From an uncultured Nitrososphaerota archaeon (GTDB taxonomy: Archaea > Thermoproteota > Nitrososphaeria > Nitrososphaerales > Nitrosopumilaceae): a stretch of DNA of 64,000 bases. Below, in pieces: positions 40,521 to 51,291 of this stretch (the stretch's first letter is position 1; each line of letters opens with the position of its first letter). Location: positions 320,001 through 384,000 of the forward strand of contig OY969559.1 in assembly GCA_963701075.1 (NCBI GenBank), in the 5' to 3' direction. The position numbers were made by a program, and so were the translations under genes. The notes beneath the pieces are model-generated. The model had not been told where the DNA came from. It did not search any database and saw nothing but the letters and a program-made list of their open reading frames with translations.

Positions 40521-42216
40521 TTATTCCATGCCCATAGGTGGCATACCCATACCACCCATGCCGCCCATTCCTTCCATACCGCCCATACCACCCATTCCTC
40601 CCATGCCGCCTGGAGGTCCACCGGAAGTTTTGGTTACTGAAATCACATCATCAATTCTTAGAATCATACATGCGGCCTCTGTTGCAGATGAAATTATCTG
40701 GTTTTTTACTGCCAATGGTTCAAAGATATCTGTGGCGTGCATGCTTGCTACCTGACCTTTCATGACATCAATGCCAGTCCACTTGTTTCCTTTCAATTGT
40801 TTTGATCGCAAGGAAGCAAGGGTATCAATTGGATCCATTCCTGCATTCTCGGCAAGCGTGATTGGAATTACTTCAAGAGAATCGGCAAATTTTTCCACCG
40901 CTAGCTGCTCTCTTCCTTCAAGTGATTTTGCCCATTCTCGAAGCTTTGTTGCAGCATAAGTCTCTGGAGCACCCCCGCCAGCTACTATCATTGGGTTTTC
41001 CATTACATCTTTTACAACCATTAATGCGTCATGAACAGACCTTTCAACTTCATCAACAACTCTTTGAGAGCCTGCTCTTACAAGAAAAGTTACTGCCTTG
41101 GGATGCTTGCATCCTTCAACGAATACCCATCTGTCACTTTCGATCTTTCGCTCTTCTACTAGTTCAGCAGAGCCAAGATCCTTTTCAAATAAATCATCAA
41201 GATTTGTAATCATTCTTGCACCAGTTGCTTTTGCAAGTTTTGCCATATCACTTTCTTTTACTCTCCTAACAGTAAGAACTCCTGCTTTTGCAAGATAGTG
41301 TTGTGCCATGTCATCTATACCCTTTTGACAGAACAGAACATTAGCGCCAGATGCAACTACCTTGTCAACCATGTTCTTGATCATTCTGCCTTCTTCGTCA
41401 AGAAATGACTTCATCTGTTGTGGGTTCTGTATGTTTATCTTGGCATCAAATTCCGTCTTGTCAATCTCAAGTGCGTTGTTTATTATGGCAATCTTTGCCT
41501 TTTCAATCTTCTTTGGCATTCCGCTGTGGACAACTTCTTTGTCAAGTATGATTCCTTTTGTAAGGCTAGAATCTTTTATCGAGCCACCGGCCTTTTTTTC
41601 TACCTTGATATCATCAATGTCTACTCTGTATCCGTCCTCGGTCTTTTCTGCAACTGCTACTACTGCCTTTACTATCATGTCTGCCAAGTTTGCAGAGTCT
41701 CTTCTGACAAGTTTTGTCTGCATTGATGTCCTTGCTATTCTCTCAAGAACATCTTTGTCAGTAGGAGAAACCTTATCTGCTATCTTTTCCAAAAACTCTT
41801 TTGCTTTGTGGGCAGCCTTTCTGTAACCATCAACTATTATTGTTGGATGAACATCCTGCAAAACAAGAATTTCGGCATTTTCTAAAAGTGCACCTGCAAG
41901 TATTACGGCAGAGGTTGTTCCGTCTCCTACCTCATTATCGGTTGCCTTGGAGATCTCAACTAGCATCTTTGCTGCGGGATGCTGGACATCAATTTCCTTT
42001 AAAATAGTAGCACCGTCGTTTGTAATTGTAACATCGCCAAGTGAGTCTACAAGCATCTTGTCCATTCCACGCGGACCAAGGCTAGTATGAACGATCTCTG
42101 CAATCAGACTTGGCTGCCGAGATGTTATTTTTCTGGGCGTCACGGCCCTTGGTCTGCGTTGCACCGTCTTTTAGTATAACAACTGGAATTCCTCCCGATG
42201 AGGCTTGAATCGACAT
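40521..42216 (-). CDS. Thermosome (group II chaperonin) subunit; one extra base near 42108
   Basis: True N-terminus [18 protein letters not shown]...KNNISAAK joins [18 protein letters not shown]; GDGTT; GGM tail. Confidence 0.96.
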
Positions 42217-42336
42217 ATTTTAGCTGAGATCGATTTTCCCTTATTATTTCTTTATGTAGACCAAAACCCATGATCTACCGAATTTTTGATAATGCAGAAC
42301 GATGTTTTTAAATTAGGAAAAGTGAGCGAACAATGC

Positions 42337-43660
42337 ATGTCACGTATATCACCACGTGTTGCTTACAATGAGGTATTATCGCTGCTCAAGACACATAACC
42401 AATGGTTTGCAAATTCGATTCCATTAATTGCAAGTGAGAACATTCCAAGCCCCGCAGTTAGGGAAGCAATTGCTTCTGACTTTGCAAATAGATATGCAGA
42501 AGGTTGGCCGGGTGAACGTGTCTATGCTGGATGCACCTACATAGACAAGGTAGAGTTTAGGTGCATGGAACTTGCCCAGAGGTTATTCAAGGCAGAGTTT
42601 GTTGATGTAAGGCCAATCTCTGGTGTTGTTGCTAACTTGGCAATCTATTCTGCATTTACCAATCCAGGAGATGTAATGCTTGCACCGTCGATTCCATCTG
42701 GCGGCCATATATCACATGGCAAGAAGGAACATGCAGGTACTGCAGGACTTGTCCATGGACTAGATATCGAGTTTTATCCATTTGATGCCGAAGAGATGAC
42801 AATTGATGTGGACAAGACAAAGCAAAAGGTGCAAGAACTTGAAAAGGCAGGCAAGACCCCAAAGCTTGCTATGTTTGGTGGCTCGGTCTTTTTGTTCCCT
42901 CATCCAGTAAAGGAACTAGCAGATTTTCTCAAAAGTTACAAGATGTTCATAAATTATGATGGAGCACATGTTGCAGGACTAATTGCAGGCGGCCAGTTCC
43001 AAGAATCCTCTCAGAGAGGGTGCTGATGCAATGACCATGAGCACCCACAAGACCTTGTTTGGTCCTCAGGGAGGTATGATATGTTCATTTGACAAGTATA
43101 GTGACGAAATCAAAAAGGCAACTTTTCCAGGAATGACAAGCAATCATCATTTGCACCACATGGCTGGAAAGGCCATTGCGTTTGCAGAGATGCTAGAATT
43201 TGGCAAAAAATATGCAGTCCAAGTAGTCAAGAATGCAAAGGCCCTAGCAGAAGCCTTGAGCTCATCTGGTTTTATGGTACTTGGAGAGAAACGAGGATTT
43301 ACAAAATCACATCAAATTGTAGTAAATGTTCTTTCATTTGGAGACGGTGGCACCATTGAAGCTGATCTAGAAAAAGCAAACATCATCATAAACAGACAGC
43401 TTATTCCTGGGGATATCAAGGCAGGACGTAACTACTTCCACCCTGGCGGCATGCGACTTGGGGTTGCCGAACTAACAAGACTTGGCATGAAAGAATCTCA
43501 AATGAGGCAGGTTGCAGAATTTATCAAAAATGTAGTTGTTGATAAAAAAGACAAAAAGAAGATTGCACTAGAGGTCAAGCAGTTTAGAAAAAAATTCCAG
43601 AAGGTTCACTATTGCTTTGAGAGCAAGATTGGCGGATACGACTATGTCAAGATTCGTTAG
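42337..43660 (+). CDS. glyA: Serine hydroxymethyltransferase; one extra base near 43003
   Basis: LIASEN, RYAEG, GGHISH, YDGAHVAGLIAG, STHKT. Confidence 0.95.
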
Positions 43661-46600
43661 GCGTAATCTGTAAGCAAGGCCTGGCTACCATCTTCTTTAC
43701 CAAATACAAGTTCAAGCTCGTCAAGTAAAGAGAGGACCCTGCCTCTCAGGTATGGCTCAATTCTATACTTGCCAAGCATTCTTTTTGCAAGCTTGAGATA
43801 TTTTTGAACAGACGGCCTTGTCATTGTTTGAATGAGTTTGTTTTCACACTCTAGACATTTTCCTGCAAGAGGAATTCTTCTATAACTTGCACCGCATGAC
43901 GTACACCTAAATGATTGGCCTGAATATGCCCTAAGGTTTCCCATGATGTCAGGCAAAAGGTGGGTGGTCATTACCATAGAGACCACCTCGCTTGGGTCTA
44001 CCGCATTGATAATATCTGCAGTCCTAATTTGCATGTCTAGTTTTTCAAGAAGTGATCCTAGCGTAGAATATGCGCTGCGCGATTTTGATGTGGTAAGGGT
44101 GCTGGTACTGTGCGTGAATCCATAGCCATAGAATTGTCTTTCAGTCTCCAGCCTTGATTTTAGAATTTCAACGCCTTTTATCTCACTTGCTTTTTCTTTT
44201 TGTAGCGTCGCCTCAAAAAATGACAGAGGGTAGCTGTTTGCTATCTCAAAGTTGTGAGCTTGTCTTTGGACTTCTTGCGGTATAACGATTGGCTGCACAA
44301 GCAGTGGTGCATCCATCAGCCCTCCAATTCTGTCAGACAGAAACAATCTTGAAAAGTTAAGCAGGCTGTCCATCAATAGCATGATCGAGTCTGCGTCACC
44401 ATCGGCATCCCTTCTTTTTGCCGAGTGCCACACGGCAGTACCAAGACAGACTTGGGTATTGGTATAGCCAATGATTCTTCCCACAATTCCAACAGATGTG
44501 TGCGGCGCAAGCCCAATTATCAGGTGACCGACCAAGTCATCGGTCTTTTTTGCATTATAGTATGTAGGATGGGCAAATAATTTTACAAGTTCCCTGTCCA
44601 AATATTGGCAAACTAGAACCAAGATTTCTCCACACTCTCTTGGAATTATGACATCCTGAGTTTTCAACTCAATTAGCTGGTCTTGGTTTACAAGCGGTTT
44701 GCCTTCAGTATCATGTGTATATCCAAGCTCTACAAGTTTCTCAGGTGTTGTGCCAATCCATGACGGCTTGAAGTGTGAGAGGGGTGCGTTTGTTGCATCG
44801 AATCTGATTGTGCCGTCCTTGAATACATTAAGATTCAAGCTCTGTCGTATGAGCCCTTTTTCCAGTGGCTCTGGCACGCGGTCTTGGTTGATAAGTTCCC
44901 TTACTCCCTTGAATGGTTCCTGAGCCCTAACGCCTGTTCTTTCCTGTGCAGAATACAACAGTTCCTTGAGGGGAAATGCGCGATATGAGTGAGCTGACGC
45001 CCTAACCTTACACTTGGGGCAGCGAGCCTCTTCTAGCTCATCGCGACATTTTGGACAGACAAATGTTACAACAGTCTTGGTCTTGCATCGCTGGCATATT
45101 ATACTAATTGAAGGCAGATTGCAGTTTTTGCACATTCTGTTATTGATGTTGCAGTAAAAGTTGGGTTGTTTTATTGCCTTGAGAAGATCGCGTGATGCAC
45201 CACCCTTACTTCCAACCGGAAAGAGTGTATGCACTGGAGGCTTCATCTTTCTAAGTGATGCCTTTTCAGGCCTGCCGACCCTTACACCTACTGCCGTTGA
45301 GAACTTGGGCCTTATCTTGATTCCTGATGAGATGGAGATTATTTCTGGAACTGACAGTGTCTTGTCCAATTGAATTGGCTTTCTAAAAAGCAAGTAAGAG
45401 AAAATTTTTGCCTCGTCGTCTTTTAGCATGATTGTGTCGCCTGCCAATTCGTGAGGCACGCCAAGTTTTTCCAAGATCTCTTTTATGTCTTTTTGATAAA
45501 CTATTAGATCTGATTCTATCTTGTCTGGATTGAGGATCTTTTCTAGTTCTTCAACTGTAATCTGGTCCCAATAATACAGATAGTGGGGGTGGAGTCCGAT
45601 TCCAAAGTTAAGTGATATTCTAAATGCCTCTTCAAGATCTGGAATCTTGTGTATGTTACTTAATAGATCAGGGTCGTCTGGTTCATACTTTGCAACCTTT
45701 TCTTTTAGTTCCTCAATCCAGAACTCCTCAACATATCCTGTTGGGACAAGCTCTGCGTTGTTCTCAAGAAAGTCGCCATAGCTTATGAGAATGTCTCCAA
45801 GATGTAGAATTTTTTCAATGTGAGGCTTTAACTGAATCCCGTGGGAGGTGTCCCTTATCTTGACTACATTTCCATTGTCTAGCCTGACAACTGGAGTATC
45901 AATTGAATCGACAAATGCAATAGTTGAGGCTTTTCCTGGGATGTCAAGTTTTATCTGGGTGCCAACTGCAATAACGTGATCTAAAATTTCTGCAACGACT
46001 GGATGAACCCCAACTGATGCAAAGCCTGTGTTGCATGCCCGTCCATATCGTAACCTAAACCCGCCAAGTTTTTTTGGCATCGAAAGAACAGACCTGCCAG
46101 TAATTACCTCTCTCATTCTATGTGCTGCTGCATCCTCGTCTCCAGTCTGGATGGCGCCCTTTAGGTCCTTGAGCCACTCCCAGCCATCTAACTTGAATAA
46201 ATCAATGAGTTTTAGCAGCTTGCGAGACCTGCCAATGAGCCCATCGTTGAGTACACGAAGTGCCCCTCCCCTAACTCTGTTGGTGTTTATTCTTACCATG
46301 TTTCTGTGACTTACAATCTCTACTGGATCGGTATCTATGCCGTTAAGCTCCACAGGAAGGTTGGAAATGGTAGTTATCACATCTTCATCAGGAACATGGA
46401 ACTGAAAGCTTCCTACTTCTCTCTCATAGAGACGTAATTCCTCTACAAATCGGCCCGTCTCATCATCGTAGGAGTTGGCTTTGTACTTGCCAAGTCCGGC
46501 AATTTTGCGTACATGGTCTGCAATAAGTATGGTAGATGCTGCTTCCGTACCCCCTGCAGAACGTATGGGTCCTGCAAATGATACTGACAGATAGTCAGAG

Positions 46601-47031
46601 CCATCGGCGTTCTTCTTTATCTTAACCTCACTTATTCCCTGAAGAGGGGCTATTGTCACGCCTTCAGTCACTATTGCAAGTCCCACACGCACCGCCAAGT
46701 CAAGCTTCTCTTGCAGCTCTGTCTCAGGACCGGAATACTTGCCCTGGGCTATCTCTTCTGCAAGTTTGAGTGCCGCTAGCTCCTTTGTTGTTGTCTGGAT
46801 GAGGTTTCGGAGATTTTCCGTGACGTCAATGTCGTGCATTTTGGATACTCGATCAGCCAAGTCAAACGCTATCTTGGGCTCCACCATTCCAGAGGAATCT
46901 GCCAGTGTAGCCTTTGCAGCGGCAGCTTTTTCAAAAATAGAAAAGACCTCATTTGATAGATTACTGTAATATTCAAAATATGACTCTGGCATTGGGACTT
47001 CCTTGAGTCTCAATGCAATATTTTCAGACAT
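43657..47031 (-). CDS. polC: DNA polymerase D large subunit DP2
   Basis: AGPIRSAGGT, GGFRLRYGR, GRPEKA, KDGTIRFD, AKRRDADGDAD, C-terminal zinc fingers; no intein. Confidence 0.97.
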   Translation of the reverse strand: MSENIALRLKEVPMPESYFEYYSNLSNEVFSIFEKAAAAKATLADSSGMVEPKIAFDLADRVSKMHDIDVTENLRNLIQTTTKELAALKLAEEIAQGKYSGPETELQEKLDLAVRVGLAIVTEGVTIAPLQGISEVKIKKNADGSDYLSVSFAGPIRSAGGTEAASTILIADHVRKIAGLGKYKANSYDDETGRFVEELRLYEREVGSFQFHVPDEDVITTISNLPVELNGIDTDPVEIVSHRNMVRINTNRVRGGALRVLNDGLIGRSRKLLKLIDLFKLDGWEWLKDLKGAIQTGDEDAAAHRMREVITGRSVLSMPKKLGGFRLRYGRACNTGFASVGVHPVVAEILDHVIAVGTQIKLDIPGKASTIAFVDSIDTPVVRLDNGNVVKIRDTSHGIQLKPHIEKILHLGDILISYGDFLENNAELVPTGYVEEFWIEELKEKVAKYEPDDPDLLSNIHKIPDLEEAFRISLNFGIGLHPHYLYYWDQITVEELEKILNPDKIESDLIVYQKDIKEILEKLGVPHELAGDTIMLKDDEAKIFSYLLFRKPIQLDKTLSVPEIISISSGIKIRPKFSTAVGVRVGRPEKASLRKMKPPVHTLFPVGSKGGASRDLLKAIKQPNFYCNINNRMCKNCNLPSISIICQRCKTKTVVTFVCPKCRDELEEARCPKCKVRASAHSYRAFPLKELLYSAQERTGVRAQEPFKGVRELINQDRVPEPLEKGLIRQSLNLNVFKDGTIRFDATNAPLSHFKPSWIGTTPEKLVELGYTHDTEGKPLVNQDQLIELKTQDVIIPRECGEILVLVCQYLDRELVKLFAHPTYYNAKKTDDLVGHLIIGLAPHTSVGIVGRIIGYTNTQVCLGTAVWHSAKRRDADGDADSIMLLMDSLLNFSRLFLSDRIGGLMDAPLLVQPIVIPQEVQRQAHNFEIANSYPLSFFEATLQKEKASEIKGVEILKSRLETERQFYGYGFTHSTSTLTTSKSRSAYSTLGSLLEKLDMQIRTADIINAVDPSEVVSMVMTTHLLPDIMGNLRAYSGQSFRCTSCGASYRRIPLAGKCLECENKLIQTMTRPSVQKYLKLAKRMLGKYRIEPYLRGRVLSLLDELELVFGKEDGSQALLTDYA

Positions 47032-47032
47032 G

Positions 47033-47782
47033 CTATTTCCTTACGGACTGGATGGTTTTTACTATATCTGCTATTGTTTTGAAACTTCCGCCTTTTTCAA
47101 TAAATGTGCCAATGACTATGGCGTCAGCACCTGCCTTTACGATCTCGCCAGCAGTATGGGTATTTCGAATTCCTCCACCAACTATGAGAAATCCCTTGAA
47201 GAGTTTTCTAACAGCTGCTACCATCTCTGGCCTGACGTTTGATTTTGCGCCAGAACCTGCTTCAAGATATACAAATCTCATACCCATGAATTGCGCGGAC
47301 AGGGCATACATGGCTGCCAAGCTTGGTTTGTCAAACGGGATGGTTCTTGCAGAACCGACATGCCATACTGTTGTGCCCTCACCGATTATGATATAGGCTG
47401 TTGGCAGAGGCTCGAGGCCAAATCTAAGTACATTTGGAGCCCCCAATGCCTGAGCTTGAGAGATAAAGTATGGGTTATCAGAGTTCAATAGAGAGCTGAA
47501 CAATATGGCATCTGCTCCAGGAACAACGCCCGTAACATTTCCTGGAAATAGTATCACGGGAATCTTGACAGATCTTTTGATGTTTTTGACGGTTTCTGTC
47601 ATGGCTATCTGGTCAGTTGCAGATGAACCTCCAACCAGAATGATTGAGGCGCCACTTTTTTCTGCATCCTTGGCAAGCTGTGATGCAGAATTTTTTCCGT
47701 CATTTTCAGAGTCAATTAATACGAAGAGTAAAGCCCCTTTCTTCTTTCTGGAGGCGTTTAGGTATCTTTCTACATTTTGCAT
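47033..47782 (-). CDS. Geranylgeranylglyceryl phosphate synthase
   Basis: ILVGGS, PVILFPG, YLEAGSGA, VGGGIR, GADAIVIG. Confidence 0.93.
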   Translation of the reverse strand: MQNVERYLNASRKKKGALLFVLIDSENDGKNSASQLAKDAEKSGASIILVGGSSATDQIAMTETVKNIKRSVKIPVILFPGNVTGVVPGADAILFSSLLNSDNPYFISQAQALGAPNVLRFGLEPLPTAYIIIGEGTTVWHVGSARTIPFDKPSLAAMYALSAQFMGMRFVYLEAGSGAKSNVRPEMVAAVRKLFKGFLIVGGGIRNTHTAGEIVKAGADAIVIGTFIEKGGSFKTIADIVKTIQSVRK

Positions 47783-47816
47783 ATGACTGGTTGATAACTA
47801 TTCGTTAAAAGTTTAA

Positions 47817-48209
47817 TTGAATAAAGTTATACAGATATGTATAGCTTTGAGCACACTTCCAGACGATAATTTGAATAATATAATAAAACAAATTATAAAA
47901 AAATCATCGTTTACAGAGCGCCAAATTGAAATTATTTTAAAAAGGCGGAACCTATCAGACTCGCAGTTTACCATAACTAAGGGGGCTTTCTACAGGCAGG
48001 TTGGGCAGTCTCAGGAGAAGTTCCAGGCGTTATGCTATTCTTGGATACTGCTCAAATCGCTAGGCATTCTTCGTGAAGAGGATATGGATGTGATAAATCG
48101 CCTCTCAGAGCAGGTTTCTGTGATAAAAAATAGTGATGTTTTTCCTGAACGTGAGGAACAAGTCATCACTGTGATACAAGAGTTACTAGCACGAATGTGT
48201 AAACTGTGA
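47817..48209 (+). CDS. Hypothetical origin-adjacent protein, possible HTH
   Basis: SSFTERQIEII...ITKGAFYRQVGQ resembles an HTH; start uncertain. Confidence 0.65.
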   Translation: MNKVIQICIALSTLPDDNLNNIIKQIIKKSSFTERQIEIILKRRNLSDSQFTITKGAFYRQVGQSQEKFQALCYSWILLKSLGILREEDMDVINRLSEQVSVIKNSDVFPEREEQVITVIQELLARMCKL

Positions 48210-48330
48210 TTTTTTATGCGTGTGAACATGTTTGCACGAATAATTTGTGATAAATGTATTTATGATTGATGTGCATTGTGTAAAATTATTTTACTCGAAC
48301 ATGATAAATCACATTAGCTTATGATATGTA

Positions 48331-48891
48331 GTGATGTTAGTAGACATAGACGTAGAAACGATTTTGGGCGTGATAGTCTCGTTTGTGATTGGTGTTGTAT
48401 GCATAGCAGTATACAACAAAGTTAAACCACGTCTAGGTTCACAGAGTAACGATCTAAAAATTTTGGTAGAACGACTGCAATATTATGAAAATTTACTAAT
48501 AGATATGAAAATAAAGTTAGATTCATTAGAACTGGCCAAAGAACCTGAAGAACTTGTGCAGGCACAGATTCCAAAGCCAAAGGAGCAGAAGCAAGAGCCG
48601 GCCATAGTCATGGAGGTAAAAGAGGAGAAACCAAAGGAAAGAGTACACAATATGAGTTTTGGAAGCGCGATAGAGTATGTACTGCGATTAATCACAGAAA
48701 AACCCATGACATCACGTGACATCCAGGTCACAATAGGAAGGACCCGGGAACATACATCACGCATGATGAAGAAGCTCTTTGAGGAGGGTTTGGTTGAACG
48801 AGACATGCGGACAAAGCCCTTTACTTACAAGATAACTGAAAAAGGGCTCATTAGGATAGGGTCGCTAAAGGCTCCAACAGTAGAAAGCTAG
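48331..48891 (+). CDS. Membrane-anchored winged-helix (MarR-like) protein
   Basis: N-terminal TM, short coiled coil, then MTSRDIQVTIGRTREHTSRMMKKLFEEGLVERD..PFTYKIT. Confidence 0.8.
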   Translation: MMLVDIDVETILGVIVSFVIGVVCIAVYNKVKPRLGSQSNDLKILVERLQYYENLLIDMKIKLDSLELAKEPEELVQAQIPKPKEQKQEPAIVMEVKEEKPKERVHNMSFGSAIEYVLRLITEKPMTSRDIQVTIGRTREHTSRMMKKLFEEGLVERDMRTKPFTYKITEKGLIRIGSLKAPTVES

Positions 48892-49062
48892 TAGGGTTTT
48901 GATCCTGGTCTGATCAGGTTCTTTGATTCTTGTTTAGAAGTATTTTGATTGCTACAAAACCATCCAAATGGGTTTTTGGGTCAAAAATAGAGAAAAATTA
49001 GCATAAATTATTAATCTTATTTTATTATAAAATCTTAAATTATTGAACTTATAATAAATGGT

Positions 49063-49218
49063 ATGTCAGGCGTGGAACAGCTCATAAAGATTACCTCTGC
49101 AGGCACAATCTCAATCCCGAAGGACTTTAGGAGATATCTTGACCTTCAGAAGGGAGATTATGTTAAGGTAACAGTCGAGGGGGATCGTTTGGTTGTCAAA
49201 AAGGCAACAATTTCCTAA
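49063..49218 (+). CDS. AbrB/MazE/SpoVT-family DNA-binding microprotein (51 aa), not in ORF track
   Basis: MSGVEQLIKITSAGTISIPKDFRRYLDLQKGDYVKVTVEGDRLVVKKATIS. Confidence 0.85.
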   Translation: MSGVEQLIKITSAGTISIPKDFRRYLDLQKGDYVKVTVEGDRLVVKKATIS

Positions 49219-49610
49219 GTCGTAGGCCGTTCTCTTTGGGCTAGTTTGAGTATCTGGTAACTCCATTCCTTTCCGTTTCTCTCTCTTCCAACTCTTCCTT
49301 TAAGAGCAAACCTTGAGAGGTATGTGGATATCACACTTAGTTTAATTGGCTCCTCATACTCGTCCTCATATTTTTCAAGGATCATTGAAGAGGTAAACTT
49401 GCCCATTGGGAAGTGCTTGTCCACAATATTCCATATTTTGGCCCTAATGGTATCAAGGTGTACTGATTCCTCTGGCTCCTCTATATTCATCAAATCCATT
49501 AACTCGAATATCTTTAGCATCTTTTCACGGGTAACATTGCCCTCTAGGCTAAGGTTGTACTTGGCGCCTTCTGCATCTTCTAGGTCTATTCGTATTCGTT
49601 TTCGGGCCAT
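49215..49610 (-). CDS. Origin-adjacent protein with probable C-terminal winged helix
   Basis: FTSSMILEKYEDEYEEPIKLSVISTYLSRF...RERNGKEWSY. Confidence 0.75.
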   Translation of the reverse strand: MARKRIRIDLEDAEGAKYNLSLEGNVTREKMLKIFELMDLMNIEEPEESVHLDTIRAKIWNIVDKHFPMGKFTSSMILEKYEDEYEEPIKLSVISTYLSRFALKGRVGRERNGKEWSYQILKLAQRERPTT

Positions 49611-49619
49611 TGTGATCGA

Positions 49620-50040
49620 TCAGGTTAACACCTTAACACTTGAACAGATCATAGAAGAATTGTTAACAATCAAGTTTGTTAACATTCACTGCGTAACCCA
49701 GGCGTGGGCACTTTTCCCATCTTAACAGGCTTCCCCTTGCTTTTATCCAAAGGTAGGCCAAAACCATGCCTAGAGTGGAAATAAAGGGGTCCATTTAGGC
49801 ATATTAACAATGTTAAGGACCATCTTCATGCCTAGAGTGGAAATAAAGGGGTTATTTTGGGCTTTTCGTGGCTCTATCTTAACACCAACTTCACTGATTG
49901 TTAACCAGTTCTAGGAATACCCACACACCTATTCTTCCACTCTAGCTTTATTAAAAATAATTTTTTTAAGAAAATAAAAATAATTAATGATATACTAAAT
50001 TTGAATTAGTTATTCTGTTCTAATCTAATTAGTATGGTAG
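49620..50040. other. Chromosomal replication origin (oriC) with ORB elements
   Basis: Identical 26-mers CATGCCTAGAGTGGAAATAAAGGGGT at 49765-90 and 49827-52, inverted variant at about 49926-45, very AT-rich tract 49947-50030, immediately upstream of cdc6. Confidence 0.88.
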
Positions 50041-50049
50041 AGTCCATAT

Positions 50050-51291
50050 GTGGACAGAGAAGAAACGATGGTGTGTGGGTTGATGACACGAGATCCAATT
50101 GATAAATTACTTGATGATGCAGCAAGCGGCAAATCATTATTCAAGAATAGAGAGGTATTGCATTTTACATTCATACCAGACATGGTACTGCATAGAGATG
50201 ACGAACAAAAAAAAGTTACCCAGTCACTTATTCCATTATTGAAAAAAGCTAGGCCATCAAACCTATTGATATATGGAAAGCCAGGCACGGGCAAGACACT
50301 GGTTGTAAAAAAAGTACTAGACAAGATCCAAGAGCGGGTCAAGGACGGCTCATTTCCAATACAACTACTATATGCAAATGCAAAAGAAGAGACCACACTA
50401 TACGGCCTTTTGGTAAAATTTGGCCGCCAGTTGGGGCTTGCATCACAAAAGGAGCTACCGACAACCGGACTATCAATCAGTGAAGTCTTCAATAGGCTAA
50501 TAACAGTAATCGAAAAGAATGCCCTCAATACAGTCTTCGTAGTAGATGAGATTGATTATCTGGCAGAACTAGTATCAAAGACAGGAAAGGATGTCTTTTA
50601 TTCATTAACACGAGCAAATGAGAGACTGAAAAAGGGCTCACTTACCTTGATTGGCATATCAAACGACCTGACATTCAAAGAAAGGCTAGACCCACGAGTT
50701 CTAAGCAGCCTAAGTGAGGAAGAGGTTGTCTTTACCAACTATACAGTTAACCAGATCAAAGAGATATTGATAGACAGAATCAAGGAAGCCTTTATTCCAA
50801 ATATAGTGGACCCGGCAGCCCTGAATCTGTGCGCTGCAATGTCAGGCCAGGAACATGGCGATGCCAGGCGGGCAATAGACCTACTTCGTGTGGCAGGCGA
50901 GATAGCAGAACGAGAGCAGTCTGATATTGTAAAAGAAGACCACATTCGCAGAGCATCATTGAAGATGGAAGAGGATAAGGAGACAACAGCACTCAACTCA
51001 TATCCCCTCCATGAAAAATTACTCATACTTGCAGTAATGAAGGCAAACGGCAACAGTACAGGTGAGATATACCAGTCCTACAAGAATCTCTGCAAGGTTA
51101 CTAGACAGAAGGAGCTCACACAGCGCAGAATAACCCAAATGCTAAGTGAGATTGAGATGACAGGGCTAATCTCAGGCAAGATAATCCACCAGGGCATGCA
51201 TGGAAGAACAAAGAAATTTGCTTTGACACTAAATCCAGATACTGTAAAAAAGGCATTCAAGGAAGACTTGGCCCTAGAAGATCTTCTGTAA
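50050..51291 (+). CDS. cdc6: Orc1/Cdc6 replication initiator
   Basis: YGKPGTGKT, VDEID, LDPRVLSSL, HGDARRAIDLLR, C-terminal wHTH; start may be slightly downstream. Confidence 0.97.
   Translation: MDREETMVCGLMTRDPIDKLLDDAASGKSLFKNREVLHFTFIPDMVLHRDDEQKKVTQSLIPLLKKARPSNLLIYGKPGTGKTLVVKKVLDKIQERVKDGSFPIQLLYANAKEETTLYGLLVKFGRQLGLASQKELPTTGLSISEVFNRLITVIEKNALNTVFVVDEIDYLAELVSKTGKDVFYSLTRANERLKKGSLTLIGISNDLTFKERLDPRVLSSLSEEEVVFTNYTVNQIKEILIDRIKEAFIPNIVDPAALNLCAAMSGQEHGDARRAIDLLRVAGEIAEREQSDIVKEDHIRRASLKMEEDKETTALNSYPLHEKLLILAVMKANGNSTGEIYQSYKNLCKVTRQKELTQRRITQMLSEIEMTGLISGKIIHQGMHGRTKKFALTLNPDTVKKAFKEDLALEDLL

Noticed and set aside
40521-40620. Repetitive GGM-coding tract
   Set aside because: Normal chaperonin C-terminal tail
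28112-43660. Pseudogenisation of cca, GINS, glnA, thermosome and glyA
   Set aside because: Each has one local insertion with all catalytic motifs intact; simultaneous loss of these genes is implausible
49765-49852. Two identical 26-bp repeats with a 36-bp spacer, resembling a mini-CRISPR array
   Set aside because: Match the ORB pattern with G-string, have an inverted third copy and abut cdc6; no cas genes in the window
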